DNA from: Candidatus Saccharimonadota bacterium
Lineage (GTDB): Bacteria > Patescibacteriota > Saccharimonadia > Saccharimonadales > 2-12-FULL-41-12
DNA length: 64,000 nucleotides
Direction of reading: 5' to 3'
NCBI GenBank assembly: GCA_022842995.1
Contig: JALHOM010000001.1
Span: 10,444-74,443, forward strand
Shown in pieces: positions 47,339 through 56,908 of this stretch (position 1 is the first letter of the stretch; every line of letters starts with the position of its first letter). The notes beneath the pieces are model-generated. The model saw only the letters and a program-made list of their open reading frames with translations, searched no databases and had not been told where the DNA came from. The position numbers and the translations under genes were made by a program.

Positions 47339-50335
47339 TTATAAGATTGGGGGGAGCGTAGCTATATACTGATAATCACCACTGGTTGGTCTACTGGTTG
47401 GTCTGGTAGCCGAATTGGCATGATACACCTCTGGAGTGAACACGAATACTTCTGCCGCACGGGACTTGTTAGTGCCCACAAAATCCTCTTGAGTCAGCGA
47501 ATCTCGAATTGATGGGCCAATCCTTCCTAAAATCACCTCGTTAGCCACAAATGACCCAAAGACCGTAAGCTGAGTACCGCAATCTGTAAAGCGCTGATTA
47601 GAATTACTTATCGGAGCCCCCATGCCACTAGTACAGGTAAATATTTTACCCTTCGACCCATCTGCTATAGGCTGAGCGACAAACATACCGTCAAGTTGAG
47701 ATACCGCCCTGTCGATATAAATATTGCCTCGTACGAACATCCTAAAGCTACCTACATTAGCGGGGTTTCCGTTGAAAGTCGTATTGCTCGTAATATTACC
47801 CGTGATATAAACATCGCCATCGACAAACATTGAATGTCGCTTATTTCCAAGATCGACTGCCCCGGCGGTAGTTACATTTCCCCCAGAAAATAGAGTCTGT
47901 TTATTTGTTTCTAAGATATTAAGATCCAAACTATTATTATTCATACTGCCAGTAGACTGCAGATCATCGCTGTCCGAAGCGACCCGCTGAGTCGTAAAGT
48001 AATCTTTTAGACACTTATTGGCTTCGTAGTTACCACCCCAGTACGGTGAAAGTAGATCGCCTCCGCCAGTAGCACCGGAAATAGTGGTTAAGCCAGCTGG
48101 TGCGATTGGCGCTGCCCCTCGCAGCGATGCGCTGAAGAAGCCGTTAACAGACCCTGGGGCCATAGCAGCAAGCTGGGTGCCTGCACCCTTTTTACCCTCT
48201 GCGAAAGGACGCATGTTAGCTTTGATATCCGAGTTCAGACTGACGTCGCACGAGCCATCGGCCCCCGGAAAGACCGCTCCAGCAACTACGTCACCACCGA
48301 AAGTCTTCACGTATGGCTTATCCAATCGACTAACACAATCCTCCGTGCTATCCGACTCATCTGGATCGGTCGCAATGATATCACCTCCAGGGCCGTGCCA
48401 ACCAGCCGCCGGAGAAACAGTTATTCTTCCGCAATACTCTAAAGCAGGATCAATTGGTCCGGTGTAAGTATCCTGCCAAGGTGCCGGCCTCGTTGGGCCA
48501 AATGCCATACCGTCTGTATTCAAACTCTGGTTTACAGCAGGATTAAAGTTAGCTACAACCGAACCATTATCCTTACGAAGTATCGATCGGTTAATTGTAA
48601 TCCCAGGAACCGAGCCTGAACCGCCATCAGGAGTCTTGCTCGCGTTACTCGAGAACGCAATCCGAGTTGGACTCTCAGGGTCAGGACCTAATTGCACCGC
48701 ATCTGCATTCGGCACAATCTGGAACGGCAGGTATGTATCAATGGATCCACAAATGCCCCCGAGAGCGTATTTGTCAAAGAGGTACGGGTATACTCCCCAA
48801 GAACTAATACTATTCGGTGCGGTAACGCTAATCGTAGCCGTCGCCATATTAGCGGCGGTTGGCGCCGCCGGGTTGGCTGGCGCTGGAATTGGGCCAATTG
48901 GAGTAGTTGGGTGCGTAACCCTATTCCCTGCCGGATAATCGTACGCTGCCCTGAAAGAATTTGCCGGAATAGGCAGTCTGCCCGTGTTGGTCAACCTTAC
49001 CGTGGCGGTAAAAGCGGACCCAGCTTGAACACCAGTTGGGCGAGATGGGTGTACTGAGGGGCTTACACTGATTAGTGTGCATGTTGCTGAGTAGCAAGTG
49101 GTGTCTATAAGGTCAACGGGTCCAATGTATTGTGGGTTTATTTTGTCACCCCTTGGGTTCGTGTCATACACATTGAGTTCCAGTCTCCAGCCCTGATTCA
49201 CATTATCATCCGCAGCCCATGGCCAAGGAATTAATACATCGCCTCGCTGGTTATCTAAGTCGAAGTTTTGAATTGGCGCAGAGGCACTGACACCCCCCGA
49301 TGTATATCGATGCTTGATCTCGCCATAAATCCTAACACCTGCGTTCGGATTATCTCTATCGACTAAATTCCTCACCCAGACTCCTTGACATGTGGCTTCC
49401 AGATTAAACGTAGGCCGGATTGGTTGCGCAGGACCAGTGCACGGAAGACTCTGATTGACTGCCGTGTCTACTATTCTCCATGTTGGCGTAGCTACAGTAG
49501 TGTCAAGAACCTGGAGCTCAAGATAGTAAGGTCCAGCCCCGCCAAGCGATACCGGAAAGCTATCAACCGAATCTGCTCTAGAAGTGTTAGCGACAACAAC
49601 ACTCGGAGAACCTGCTAAATCCCTCTTCAGTAAAATATATCTAATCGCCAATGAGGTATTTCTCTGTAAACCTAATGAAGTAAAATTCCTACAATCTAAA
49701 AAATTGATCGTTCCAGTATTTGGCTGCGCCGGTGGTGGAGGCGGTTCACGATAAGTTATAAATGTATACTGAGTAGTGCCGTTTGTAGGATTGATCGGTG
49801 CGACCGTCCATCCATAGCTCGGGTTATTTATGTATGCCCCATAAAGGGCACGAGCACCTGACGGCGTTCCCTGACCAGTGGCAGTAAAGGGTTGATTTGA
49901 GGTACCGCGAACACTTCTATCGCAGTCTAGCGCCCATTCACCAATTGGACCACCCGTAGGTTGAGATGTTCGACCGTAACCAAAAACAGCACTATGCGAG
50001 CCTTGATTACCGGCGCAAGAATTATCAATTTGCGTAAAATTTCCTGCTATAAATCGTCTACCGCTATCAAGGTCGTAAATATTGCCAGCCGGCGTAGATG
50101 GATTCACTGCTCGAATATAAACCGGAGTTGATCTAGGAGCCTCCCTCACAACGCCAGTTGAGCTCCTTATTCTAACGTCAATAACCGCACCTGCATAGCC
50201 ATGAATGGTAGCCCCGTTAGCTCCGCAATCGGCATACACTTTGCCGTTCGATACGATACCGCTGACCATAAAAAAACCGGAAAATAATACAAAAAATCCA
50301 ACGATCTTATGACTCAATGATAATGAACCAATCAT
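47339..50335 (-). CDS. large (998 aa) secreted/surface protein encoded directly upstream of the pilus operon; candidate pilus-associated adhesin
   Basis: N-terminal signal/TM. Gly/Asn/Thr-rich repeat-poor sequence with beta-rich low-hydrophobicity stretches. No catalytic motifs recognised. Confidence 0.45.
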   Translation of the reverse strand: MIGSLSLSHKIVGFFVLFSGFFMVSGIVSNGKVYADCGANGATIHGYAGAVIDVRIRSSTGVVREAPRSTPVYIRAVNPSTPAGNIYDLDSGRRFIAGNFTQIDNSCAGNQGSHSAVFGYGRTSQPTGGPIGEWALDCDRSVRGTSNQPFTATGQGTPSGARALYGAYINNPSYGWTVAPINPTNGTTQYTFITYREPPPPPAQPNTGTINFLDCRNFTSLGLQRNTSLAIRYILLKRDLAGSPSVVVANTSRADSVDSFPVSLGGAGPYYLELQVLDTTVATPTWRIVDTAVNQSLPCTGPAQPIRPTFNLEATCQGVWVRNLVDRDNPNAGVRIYGEIKHRYTSGGVSASAPIQNFDLDNQRGDVLIPWPWAADDNVNQGWRLELNVYDTNPRGDKINPQYIGPVDLIDTTCYSATCTLISVSPSVHPSRPTGVQAGSAFTATVRLTNTGRLPIPANSFRAAYDYPAGNRVTHPTTPIGPIPAPANPAAPTAANMATATISVTAPNSISSWGVYPYLFDKYALGGICGSIDTYLPFQIVPNADAVQLGPDPESPTRIAFSSNASKTPDGGSGSVPGITINRSILRKDNGSVVANFNPAVNQSLNTDGMAFGPTRPAPWQDTYTGPIDPALEYCGRITVSPAAGWHGPGGDIIATDPDESDSTEDCVSRLDKPYVKTFGGDVVAGAVFPGADGSCDVSLNSDIKANMRPFAEGKKGAGTQLAAMAPGSVNGFFSASLRGAAPIAPAGLTTISGATGGGDLLSPYWGGNYEANKCLKDYFTTQRVASDSDDLQSTGSMNNNSLDLNILETNKQTLFSGGNVTTAGAVDLGNKRHSMFVDGDVYITGNITSNTTFNGNPANVGSFRMFVRGNIYIDRAVSQLDGMFVAQPIADGSKGKIFTCTSGMGAPISNSNQRFTDCGTQLTVFGSFVANEVILGRIGPSIRDSLTQEDFVGTNKSRAAEVFVFTPEVYHANSATRPTSRPTSGDYQYIATLPPIL

Positions 50336-50337
50336 AC

Positions 50338-51432
50338 CTACTGCGCTCCTTCTGTGTTTTGGACCCCAGACTGCTGAGGCTGTTCTGCTTCTGGTTTTGC
50401 CAAGGAATTAATGTCAACGTCTTCACCGGGCTGAACATTTACCTCGTAATCCCGTATATACTTAAATTCACTGTTTAATGAAACGAGGGAAGTGTCAAAA
50501 TCCGCTTGAGACACAACCTTAGTTGACGGAACTTTCTCTAATGCAGTGAAATAATAGAACATCTCTTTCTTCTGTGTCTCATCAGCAAAGTTACCGCCAA
50601 CATATCCACCGCCAATTTTAAGTTCAGATACGCCAGTAGTTTCTTGGGAAACTACTGCATCAACGACATCAGAGTAACCAATCTTTTGAGTCCAATCCCC
50701 TTCTTGACTTGACTTAAAAGGATTTTCAACCGTATAGAACTGATTTGCTAATTTGGGGTCAGCCTTAATAACGTCAGACACCTCTGCGGCAGACATCTTG
50801 CCGTCTTTAACCTGAGCATGGTAATACTCAGCCTTATCCTTGGCATAAGCTTTATCTTGAGCAATAAGCGCAGGGTCGTTCAAACCTTCCGGCTTGTAGT
50901 CATCACCGTAGTCAATACGTTGACCGAAATAAAATACTAACGCATATCCTTCATATCCCGGAGCATATTGCTGATTAACATATCTATCGACTGCATTTGC
51001 TCTGGCTACAAGATCAAACCAAGCCCGATACTCATCTTTGTAGCCTTCGCTTTTTTTAATATCGTCGGTAAGTACCTGAGACATCTCATCATTAATATCT
51101 GCTTCCGACGGATTTACCCCTAGTTTTTCTGCATTTACAATTTTCTTCTGTAGTTGGAATATCTCCTGGACCGTACTTTCCTCGGACTGAGATATGCGCT
51201 CCATTGGATACTGCGCAATTTTCAATATCTCATCTTTATAATATTCTTTTCCATCTATAACAAAAACCACAGCGCTTGATCGGCTGTTTGTTTCTGTCGA
51301 ATTATCCTTTGCAAACTGCATTACTAAAAAGATCAGGACTAATATCAATAAAAAAACCCCGCCGGCGATGAAAGGCATCTTCTTATTCTTCATCACCATT
51401 CGAAGATCTAGTTTTTTCTTCGTTTCTGCCAC
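50338..51432 (-). CDS. single-pass membrane protein with an acidic extracytoplasmic domain
   Basis: N-terminal TM FIAGGVFLLILVLIFLVM. C-terminal region D/E/Y-rich. Confidence 0.45.
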   Translation of the reverse strand: MAETKKKLDLRMVMKNKKMPFIAGGVFLLILVLIFLVMQFAKDNSTETNSRSSAVVFVIDGKEYYKDEILKIAQYPMERISQSEESTVQEIFQLQKKIVNAEKLGVNPSEADINDEMSQVLTDDIKKSEGYKDEYRAWFDLVARANAVDRYVNQQYAPGYEGYALVFYFGQRIDYGDDYKPEGLNDPALIAQDKAYAKDKAEYYHAQVKDGKMSAAEVSDVIKADPKLANQFYTVENPFKSSQEGDWTQKIGYSDVVDAVVSQETTGVSELKIGGGYVGGNFADETQKKEMFYYFTALEKVPSTKVVSQADFDTSLVSLNSEFKYIRDYEVNVQPGEDVDINSLAKPEAEQPQQSGVQNTEGAQ

Positions 51433-51556
51433 CTTTTACAACCTCGTCTTTATTGCATTAAACCAAAAAGTAATGATTATGCTTTCTCTCAAATAATAAT
51501 ATAATCTCTCCTGATAGGAATTACAAGAACTGCTGACGCTAACAAAACACGGACAT

Positions 51557-51594
51557 GAAAAAACCCAGGCCATATTTCGTACCTGGGTTTTTCT
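51557..51594 (-). terminator. bidirectional hairpin terminator (serves the minus-strand gene 51659-52705)
   Basis: GAAAAAACCCAGG [12-nt loop] CCTGGGTTTTTC, with U-tracts on both strands. Confidence 0.55.
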
Positions 51595-51658
51595 ATACTT
51601 CTTATGAAGATTCCCGAAAGTCCCCTAAGACAAGCACAAAGCGGCCAGAGGATACTTT

Positions 51659-52705
51659 TTAGCGACTAGTCGCGGTGGCGCCTGTTGCGGTGAGGCAATT
51701 AGAGCCGTTAACCGAAGGAGGCACCACACCGGTAGTAACCAGTCGAGGGGCTCTCCTTACGTTTGTTGCGGTAGTAAATGGAATTCTCATGACCGTACTT
51801 CTACCCGGAGCAATGTCTTTCGTAAGGTCAACGTTTACTGCACCACTACGACTGAGGACGGCTGGACTATTCTTAAAAGCGATACGACTAGCCGCGATTA
51901 CGCGATATCCAGCGGCTGCTCGTGCCTTCGCCGGGTTTCTATGGGCAGCATTTCCGTCTGACTCGATTGTGCCATTACCGGTGTTTTTTGTAATGAAAGT
52001 GAGTAACCATTTGCCCGGGCCAGTTCGAACTACCTTGGAAGTAGTGATGTTCATCCTGCCGCAGAGCCTAACCGGCGGAGCGGGAGGTGTTATTGGCTCT
52101 GTTATTGTTGGTGGAGCGGGAGCGTCTGGCGTGGTAGGTGTTGTAGGAATCGGTGGAGGTGTCACGCCGCCCACTGGGTTACAATCAAGCGTCTGCTCAA
52201 CTGCAGGGAATCCTGTAAGTTGAACCCTCCAGGTTGACGGCCCTTCTCCAGCATCAAATCTAATTGTCGAAACGCCAGAATATTGATCTTCAAGATTCCA
52301 TGCAGGCGTAGTTTCGCCATCTCCTAACCGAAATGGCGATAATACGCTGCGAATATCAACCTCTTGAACAAGCTCTTCCGGCCCGGAAGCTGGGATTCTC
52401 CTGACAGCCTGAACAAGACTACCATCGTTGAAGCCTTGCAGGTTATCAAAAGTATGCCTTACCTCAACCATCTTTAAGGCATCTGGCCCGAGATCTGGGT
52501 TTGTTACACAAGATAATACTGTAGTAGCACTACCCGTTACTGCAGCCTCCGCTCTATCGGGGTTATACACGCCGGCAACGTCTGCAAGACCAGCTCCGGC
52601 CAAACCAATACCACCCACCATGAAAGGCCTCGCAAGCGGGGTCCTAAGCGCGTTCCCAATCCGAGTCATTACGCCCGACTGAACTTCTGGTTTTATAGCG
52701 TTCAT
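51659..52705 (-). CDS. secreted Pro/Thr-rich hypothetical protein
   Basis: N-terminal hydrophobic region and a linker TPPPIPTTPTTPDAPAPPTITEPITPPAPP. Confidence 0.45.
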   Translation of the reverse strand: MNAIKPEVQSGVMTRIGNALRTPLARPFMVGGIGLAGAGLADVAGVYNPDRAEAAVTGSATTVLSCVTNPDLGPDALKMVEVRHTFDNLQGFNDGSLVQAVRRIPASGPEELVQEVDIRSVLSPFRLGDGETTPAWNLEDQYSGVSTIRFDAGEGPSTWRVQLTGFPAVEQTLDCNPVGGVTPPPIPTTPTTPDAPAPPTITEPITPPAPPVRLCGRMNITTSKVVRTGPGKWLLTFITKNTGNGTIESDGNAAHRNPAKARAAAGYRVIAASRIAFKNSPAVLSRSGAVNVDLTKDIAPGRSTVMRIPFTTATNVRRAPRLVTTGVVPPSVNGSNCLTATGATATSR

Positions 52706-52933
52706 ATATTCCCTTACCTCTTCTCTAACCTTAAATTGCTTAAATCACACAATATTTTGTTAGTTTCATGGCTATTTATAGGACTTTTTGAAAGAAATGT
52801 CAATTAATTATGCTTAGATTTCACTATTATTACATCTTTTCGTATAATCAATGTTTTATTTTATTATGCTTGTGCTTTTAGTGTTTTTATGCTATATTTA
52901 TAAGTGTTAATTTAATACAAAAACAACCAAAAA

Positions 52934-54901
52934 ATGCTAACAATTGCGGGCCAATTTCATGTCCACCATCTCCCTACTTTTCGTGTCAGGCTATCTGTTA
53001 ATTGGCCACTCGTTGTTACTGTAGCGGCTGCCCTGATCGGCTCGACGCTCCTGCTCCTCGGCGTTAATTTTGTAACGCCAAAAACCCTGGCCTTCAACTA
53101 CGCCCAAAACAACAGTTGCATAGTAAATCCCACACTCTTCCCCGGCGCGACCAAAGTAGCGAGTGATAATTATCACGTAAATCGCATTGGCAATATTTCG
53201 TTCGGTAATTTTCCACTGTATTCTCACTCAACTTGTTTTCAGGCCAAAAAGCTCACTAACCAACAGGCTAGCTCAGCCAAAATTAATCTCTCCGCCCTGC
53301 CATGGCCATCTCAAAACATAACCATAAAATCTGCGCCTGCGCCGATGTTGAACTTGACCCAAGCAGCCGATAAACCAATTTCTCTGACCGACCAGCTCAA
53401 GATCAACCTCAGTTCTACCGACAAAACACATAACTATCTCCTGCAAGCTAACAATAAATCCGTCTCCTGCAACCTCGAACAGATGAGCTTGAGTTGTCCT
53501 CTCGAGGAGCTTGGGCTCAATCAAGCGACTTCTTACCCGATCGAGATCGTTCGCGAACTTGGCGGTTCGGAAAGTCAGCCGATTCTTAAATCAACCATCA
53601 CCACGGTTACTGCAGTCACCATAACGTCCAGTTCGATCAGCCCCGGCGCGCTCGTCCTAGACAAGCCAGACAAGCTAACGATCACCACCGACAAACCTCT
53701 AACGCAAGCTTCCAAAATCTCTCTTAGCTCTACTAAAGCCGGCGCTCAATCTGATATAAAGTTCAACTACACGATTGAGGGAGCAATGATCACGATCACT
53801 CCACTCACGGCTCTTCCGCGCGAAAGCGTAATCACGCTGAACATCGGTGAAATTACTGCGAGCGACAGTGGCTACTTAGAAAAACCATATAGCCTCAGCT
53901 TTACGACCAGTGGCGGACCAAAGGTTACCTCAACGGGTCTCGGGACATACGGCCAAAGCACTGCGTCGTCGGCCACCCTAAAATTTGACTCCAAACTGCT
54001 GGCAAATCAAAACTTCGGCCAGGTTGTCAGCCTTACTAAAGCCGGCTCGCCAGTAGCCACATCTGTCACGCCTGCCAGTCCCACAAGTCTCACGCTCAAG
54101 CCAAATGCTCCGCTAGAACGTTGCACAACGTATACAATCACCGTCAACGGCTCAATTGCTAACGAGTTCGGCGTCCCTGCCGAAAGCCCCTACTCTTTTA
54201 ACTTCAGGACGCTCTGCCAAGAAGTCTTCAGCATCGGAACGAGCAACGCCGGCAGATCAATCACCGCTTATAAATTTGGTAACGGCCCAACCAAAATTTT
54301 ATATATCGGCGCCACGCACGGCGACGAATTAAGCTCCAAATACATATTAGATTCCTGGATTAACGACCTCGAAGCCAATTACGCCAAGATTCCGAGTTCT
54401 AAAACCATCATCGTTATACCAGTCATCAACCCCGATGGTGCTCTGGCCGGCACGCGAGTCAATGGACGCAACGTCGACCTTAACCGAAACTTCCCGATAG
54501 CCAACTGGAAATCCGATGTCATCATGCCAGACAAAAAGCTTCTTGTCGGCGGCGGAGGCTCGGCGCCCCTATCGGAACCTGAGTCGAAAGCCCTTGCCGA
54601 CTACACCGCTTCACTCGCCCCGCGCCTAGTCCTCACCTACCATTCCAAAGGCGGTATGGTCGTCGCCAACGAAGCAGGCGACTCAGTCGCGATAGCTCAA
54701 AACTACGGCAAATCAACGCGCTTCTGGGCCACTGCCGAAAGCAAGCTCGGCACGGCATTTGCCTACGACACGACCGGTGCCTACGAAAACTGGCTAGCCG
54801 AAAAACTGTCGATCCCCGGCCTGCTCATCGAGCTAAAATCCCACACCACCAATGAATTCTCTGCCCACAAATCCGCCATGTGGGCTACCGTCAATCTGTA
54901 A
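52934..54901 (+). CDS. secreted protein with N-terminal beta-rich repeats and a C-terminal M14 zinc carboxypeptidase domain
   Basis: N-terminal TM/signal. C-terminal GATHGDELSS (HxxE Zn ligands), NPDG and NRNF motifs of M14 peptidases. Confidence 0.7.
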   Translation: MLTIAGQFHVHHLPTFRVRLSVNWPLVVTVAAALIGSTLLLLGVNFVTPKTLAFNYAQNNSCIVNPTLFPGATKVASDNYHVNRIGNISFGNFPLYSHSTCFQAKKLTNQQASSAKINLSALPWPSQNITIKSAPAPMLNLTQAADKPISLTDQLKINLSSTDKTHNYLLQANNKSVSCNLEQMSLSCPLEELGLNQATSYPIEIVRELGGSESQPILKSTITTVTAVTITSSSISPGALVLDKPDKLTITTDKPLTQASKISLSSTKAGAQSDIKFNYTIEGAMITITPLTALPRESVITLNIGEITASDSGYLEKPYSLSFTTSGGPKVTSTGLGTYGQSTASSATLKFDSKLLANQNFGQVVSLTKAGSPVATSVTPASPTSLTLKPNAPLERCTTYTITVNGSIANEFGVPAESPYSFNFRTLCQEVFSIGTSNAGRSITAYKFGNGPTKILYIGATHGDELSSKYILDSWINDLEANYAKIPSSKTIIVIPVINPDGALAGTRVNGRNVDLNRNFPIANWKSDVIMPDKKLLVGGGGSAPLSEPESKALADYTASLAPRLVLTYHSKGGMVVANEAGDSVAIAQNYGKSTRFWATAESKLGTAFAYDTTGAYENWLAEKLSIPGLLIELKSHTTNEFSAHKSAMWATVNL

Positions 54902-54912
54902 ATACGCTATAA
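54887..54912 (+). repeat. 26-bp direct repeat ACCGTCAATCTGTAAATACGCTATAA (copy 1, overlapping the last codons of the M14 gene)
   Basis: Identical to 56872-56897. Confidence 0.9.
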
Positions 54913-54952
54913 AGTCGGCAATTATCCAAAGAAGATCATCTCTTGTCTAAGA

Positions 54953-56776
54953 TTAATTTGGGACGACACTCAATACTAGGATGCTTCTTAAATTCTTAGC
55001 CAGATAATAATCGGTGCGACCTTTTATCTTTTGCTGATAATCGGCGTCGTCCGTACTACACTCTCTAATCATTGCGTGTAGACTTTTAACTATCTCACTA
55101 GGGTCTTCAGCGTGGATACCGTGTCTTGAGACAAGGTAACTTAGTTCACGCGCATCAGCTGGATTATCATAAGGGTTAAACTCGGGCAAAATATCAGCTC
55201 TGACTTCTCGAACTCTAGCTCTAAATCGCCCGCTTTCATTCGCATGCACCTTGATTCGATCGTTGCCAACTGCGTCTAACGCTAAAGCCTGGAGCCTGTC
55301 ATCGCGAAAAATCATATTTTCAGCAAGCTTCCAGGCGGGCGTCGGACGTTGCTGATTTTTGTCATAACCTACGATCGTATCTTTCAATATTGCATTATTA
55401 AAGCCACCAGAAATGGCATCAAGAACATACAGTGTTTCAATTTCTTCATGCCCTAATTTTCCCCTCATTCGAAACGCGGCCGCCATAATTGCGCGAGGTA
55501 ATTCAAAATCATCTGGTAAATCCGATAGCCCTGCCGCAATCTTTAAATATTCGGTCGTTACGTACTCTATAAAATTCTCTCGACTACTCTTACTTGGCTG
55601 ACTATCGGCTTTTCGAAAATCAATAACTTCAGCCACGTATTGAGTTAAACTTACAAATGCCTTGCTTTTTACCTCACTCTTAGCAAACAAATCCAACATT
55701 AATCCCGCAGAGCGTACCTCTGTCCGATCCAAATGTCGCATAGCCGATAGGGCATCCCCCTCTAAAGCCCAGGTAGCATCGATAATCGTGACTTCCGCTG
55801 CACCTTCAGAACCGATAGTAATGAAAGTATTCCAGGCATGCCCATCGCGCGATGGTCCCCGCTGTATACTGCTCGGGTTAGGACGTGCATCTAAATATCC
55901 TTGGCCACCCAGTCCAGCATCAAAAACAGCGTATGTATTTGCAAGCATACTTAAATCAGTCTGCGTTGCCTTAAGAGCCTCAAATACTGCTTTCACATTC
56001 GCGGCGACGTTTCTGCAAATACCATTTCCTTTCCAGGTCTTATTTCCTCTGTTAGCCATTCCTTCTCTCAATAATTCAATCGCTGTTGACCTGTCGGCTG
56101 TCGTTAATTCTTTTACCCCCACATCTTCGCTACTATACTTTGAGACACTCTGGACAAATGCCGCACTGAGCTTAACTGCCTGCTCAGGTGTCAGATGGCT
56201 CAACGAACGGATCTTTAAAGTCTCTAATAGCCGTTGGCCATCGGGATTGTATTCAGTAAATTCATTAACTACGCTTCTTAGTTCTCTCTGCCAACCGTCT
56301 CGTCGAATAGTATTTTGATATGTGTGCCCGCCATTGAAAGGATCTTCGAATAGAACATCTAGATAGGCGGGTACTGGGTGAGCCTCAGAACCTGGTGCCA
56401 CTTTTGGGGCATAGTGTTCGAGTGTCGTAAACCCAATTTTAGCTTTTGGAGTCATCTCGACGAAGACTCTGGTTCGTGAATTAATTTTCTCTAGCGACCT
56501 CATGTTCTCTAGACAAACCCCGACAGCACCGTCTTTATCATAGCCCTCACCAATCTTTGATCTCTCGTGAGTCCCATCGCTCATTTTGCGAGTAGTTACA
56601 GTGATACCTCTAGGCCCGGCAAAAAAGTAGACATCGTCCACCCCATAAAAATGACCAGCCGAAATCATTAAATCATGTAATGCAATCTGTCCAAGCCCTT
56701 TGCCGGTCAGGGGTGGTATTGGAGCTTGAGGAGCGCCTTCGCTACGGATATCTTCAGGGGGTAGTGTGTCTGCCAT
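54953..56776 (-). CDS. transglutaminase-like superfamily (papain-like Cys-His-Asp) domain protein
   Basis: KGNGICRNVAANV (G-x-C motif) and DGHAWNTF (HAW-type His). Confidence 0.5.
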   Translation of the reverse strand: MADTLPPEDIRSEGAPQAPIPPLTGKGLGQIALHDLMISAGHFYGVDDVYFFAGPRGITVTTRKMSDGTHERSKIGEGYDKDGAVGVCLENMRSLEKINSRTRVFVEMTPKAKIGFTTLEHYAPKVAPGSEAHPVPAYLDVLFEDPFNGGHTYQNTIRRDGWQRELRSVVNEFTEYNPDGQRLLETLKIRSLSHLTPEQAVKLSAAFVQSVSKYSSEDVGVKELTTADRSTAIELLREGMANRGNKTWKGNGICRNVAANVKAVFEALKATQTDLSMLANTYAVFDAGLGGQGYLDARPNPSSIQRGPSRDGHAWNTFITIGSEGAAEVTIIDATWALEGDALSAMRHLDRTEVRSAGLMLDLFAKSEVKSKAFVSLTQYVAEVIDFRKADSQPSKSSRENFIEYVTTEYLKIAAGLSDLPDDFELPRAIMAAAFRMRGKLGHEEIETLYVLDAISGGFNNAILKDTIVGYDKNQQRPTPAWKLAENMIFRDDRLQALALDAVGNDRIKVHANESGRFRARVREVRADILPEFNPYDNPADARELSYLVSRHGIHAEDPSEIVKSLHAMIRECSTDDADYQQKIKGRTDYYLAKNLRSILVLSVVPN

Positions 56777-56871
56777 TATTTTTGATTTTTGTTTTTACTA
56801 TTCTATATAAACATTAGCACTTTATCGACCGAATGTCAATGTGATGGATTACTGAATTAATACTAAAACAT

Positions 56872-56897
56872 ACCGTCAATCTGTAAATACGCTATAA
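56872..56897 (+). repeat. 26-bp direct repeat copy 2; it contains the ychF -10 element (TATAAT at 56893-56898)
   Basis: Identical to 54887-54912. It lies 11 nt upstream of the ychF ATG. Confidence 0.9.
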
Positions 56898-56908
56898 TAC
56901 TGATCAAT

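Noticed and set aside
48084-49618. Plus-strand ORFs 48084-48467, 48636-48938, 48692-49057 and 49385-49618
   Set aside because: They are embedded antisense in the 998-aa minus-strand gene. The frames are Gly/Ala/Arg-rich, typical of antisense frames in Gly/Asn-rich coding sequence.
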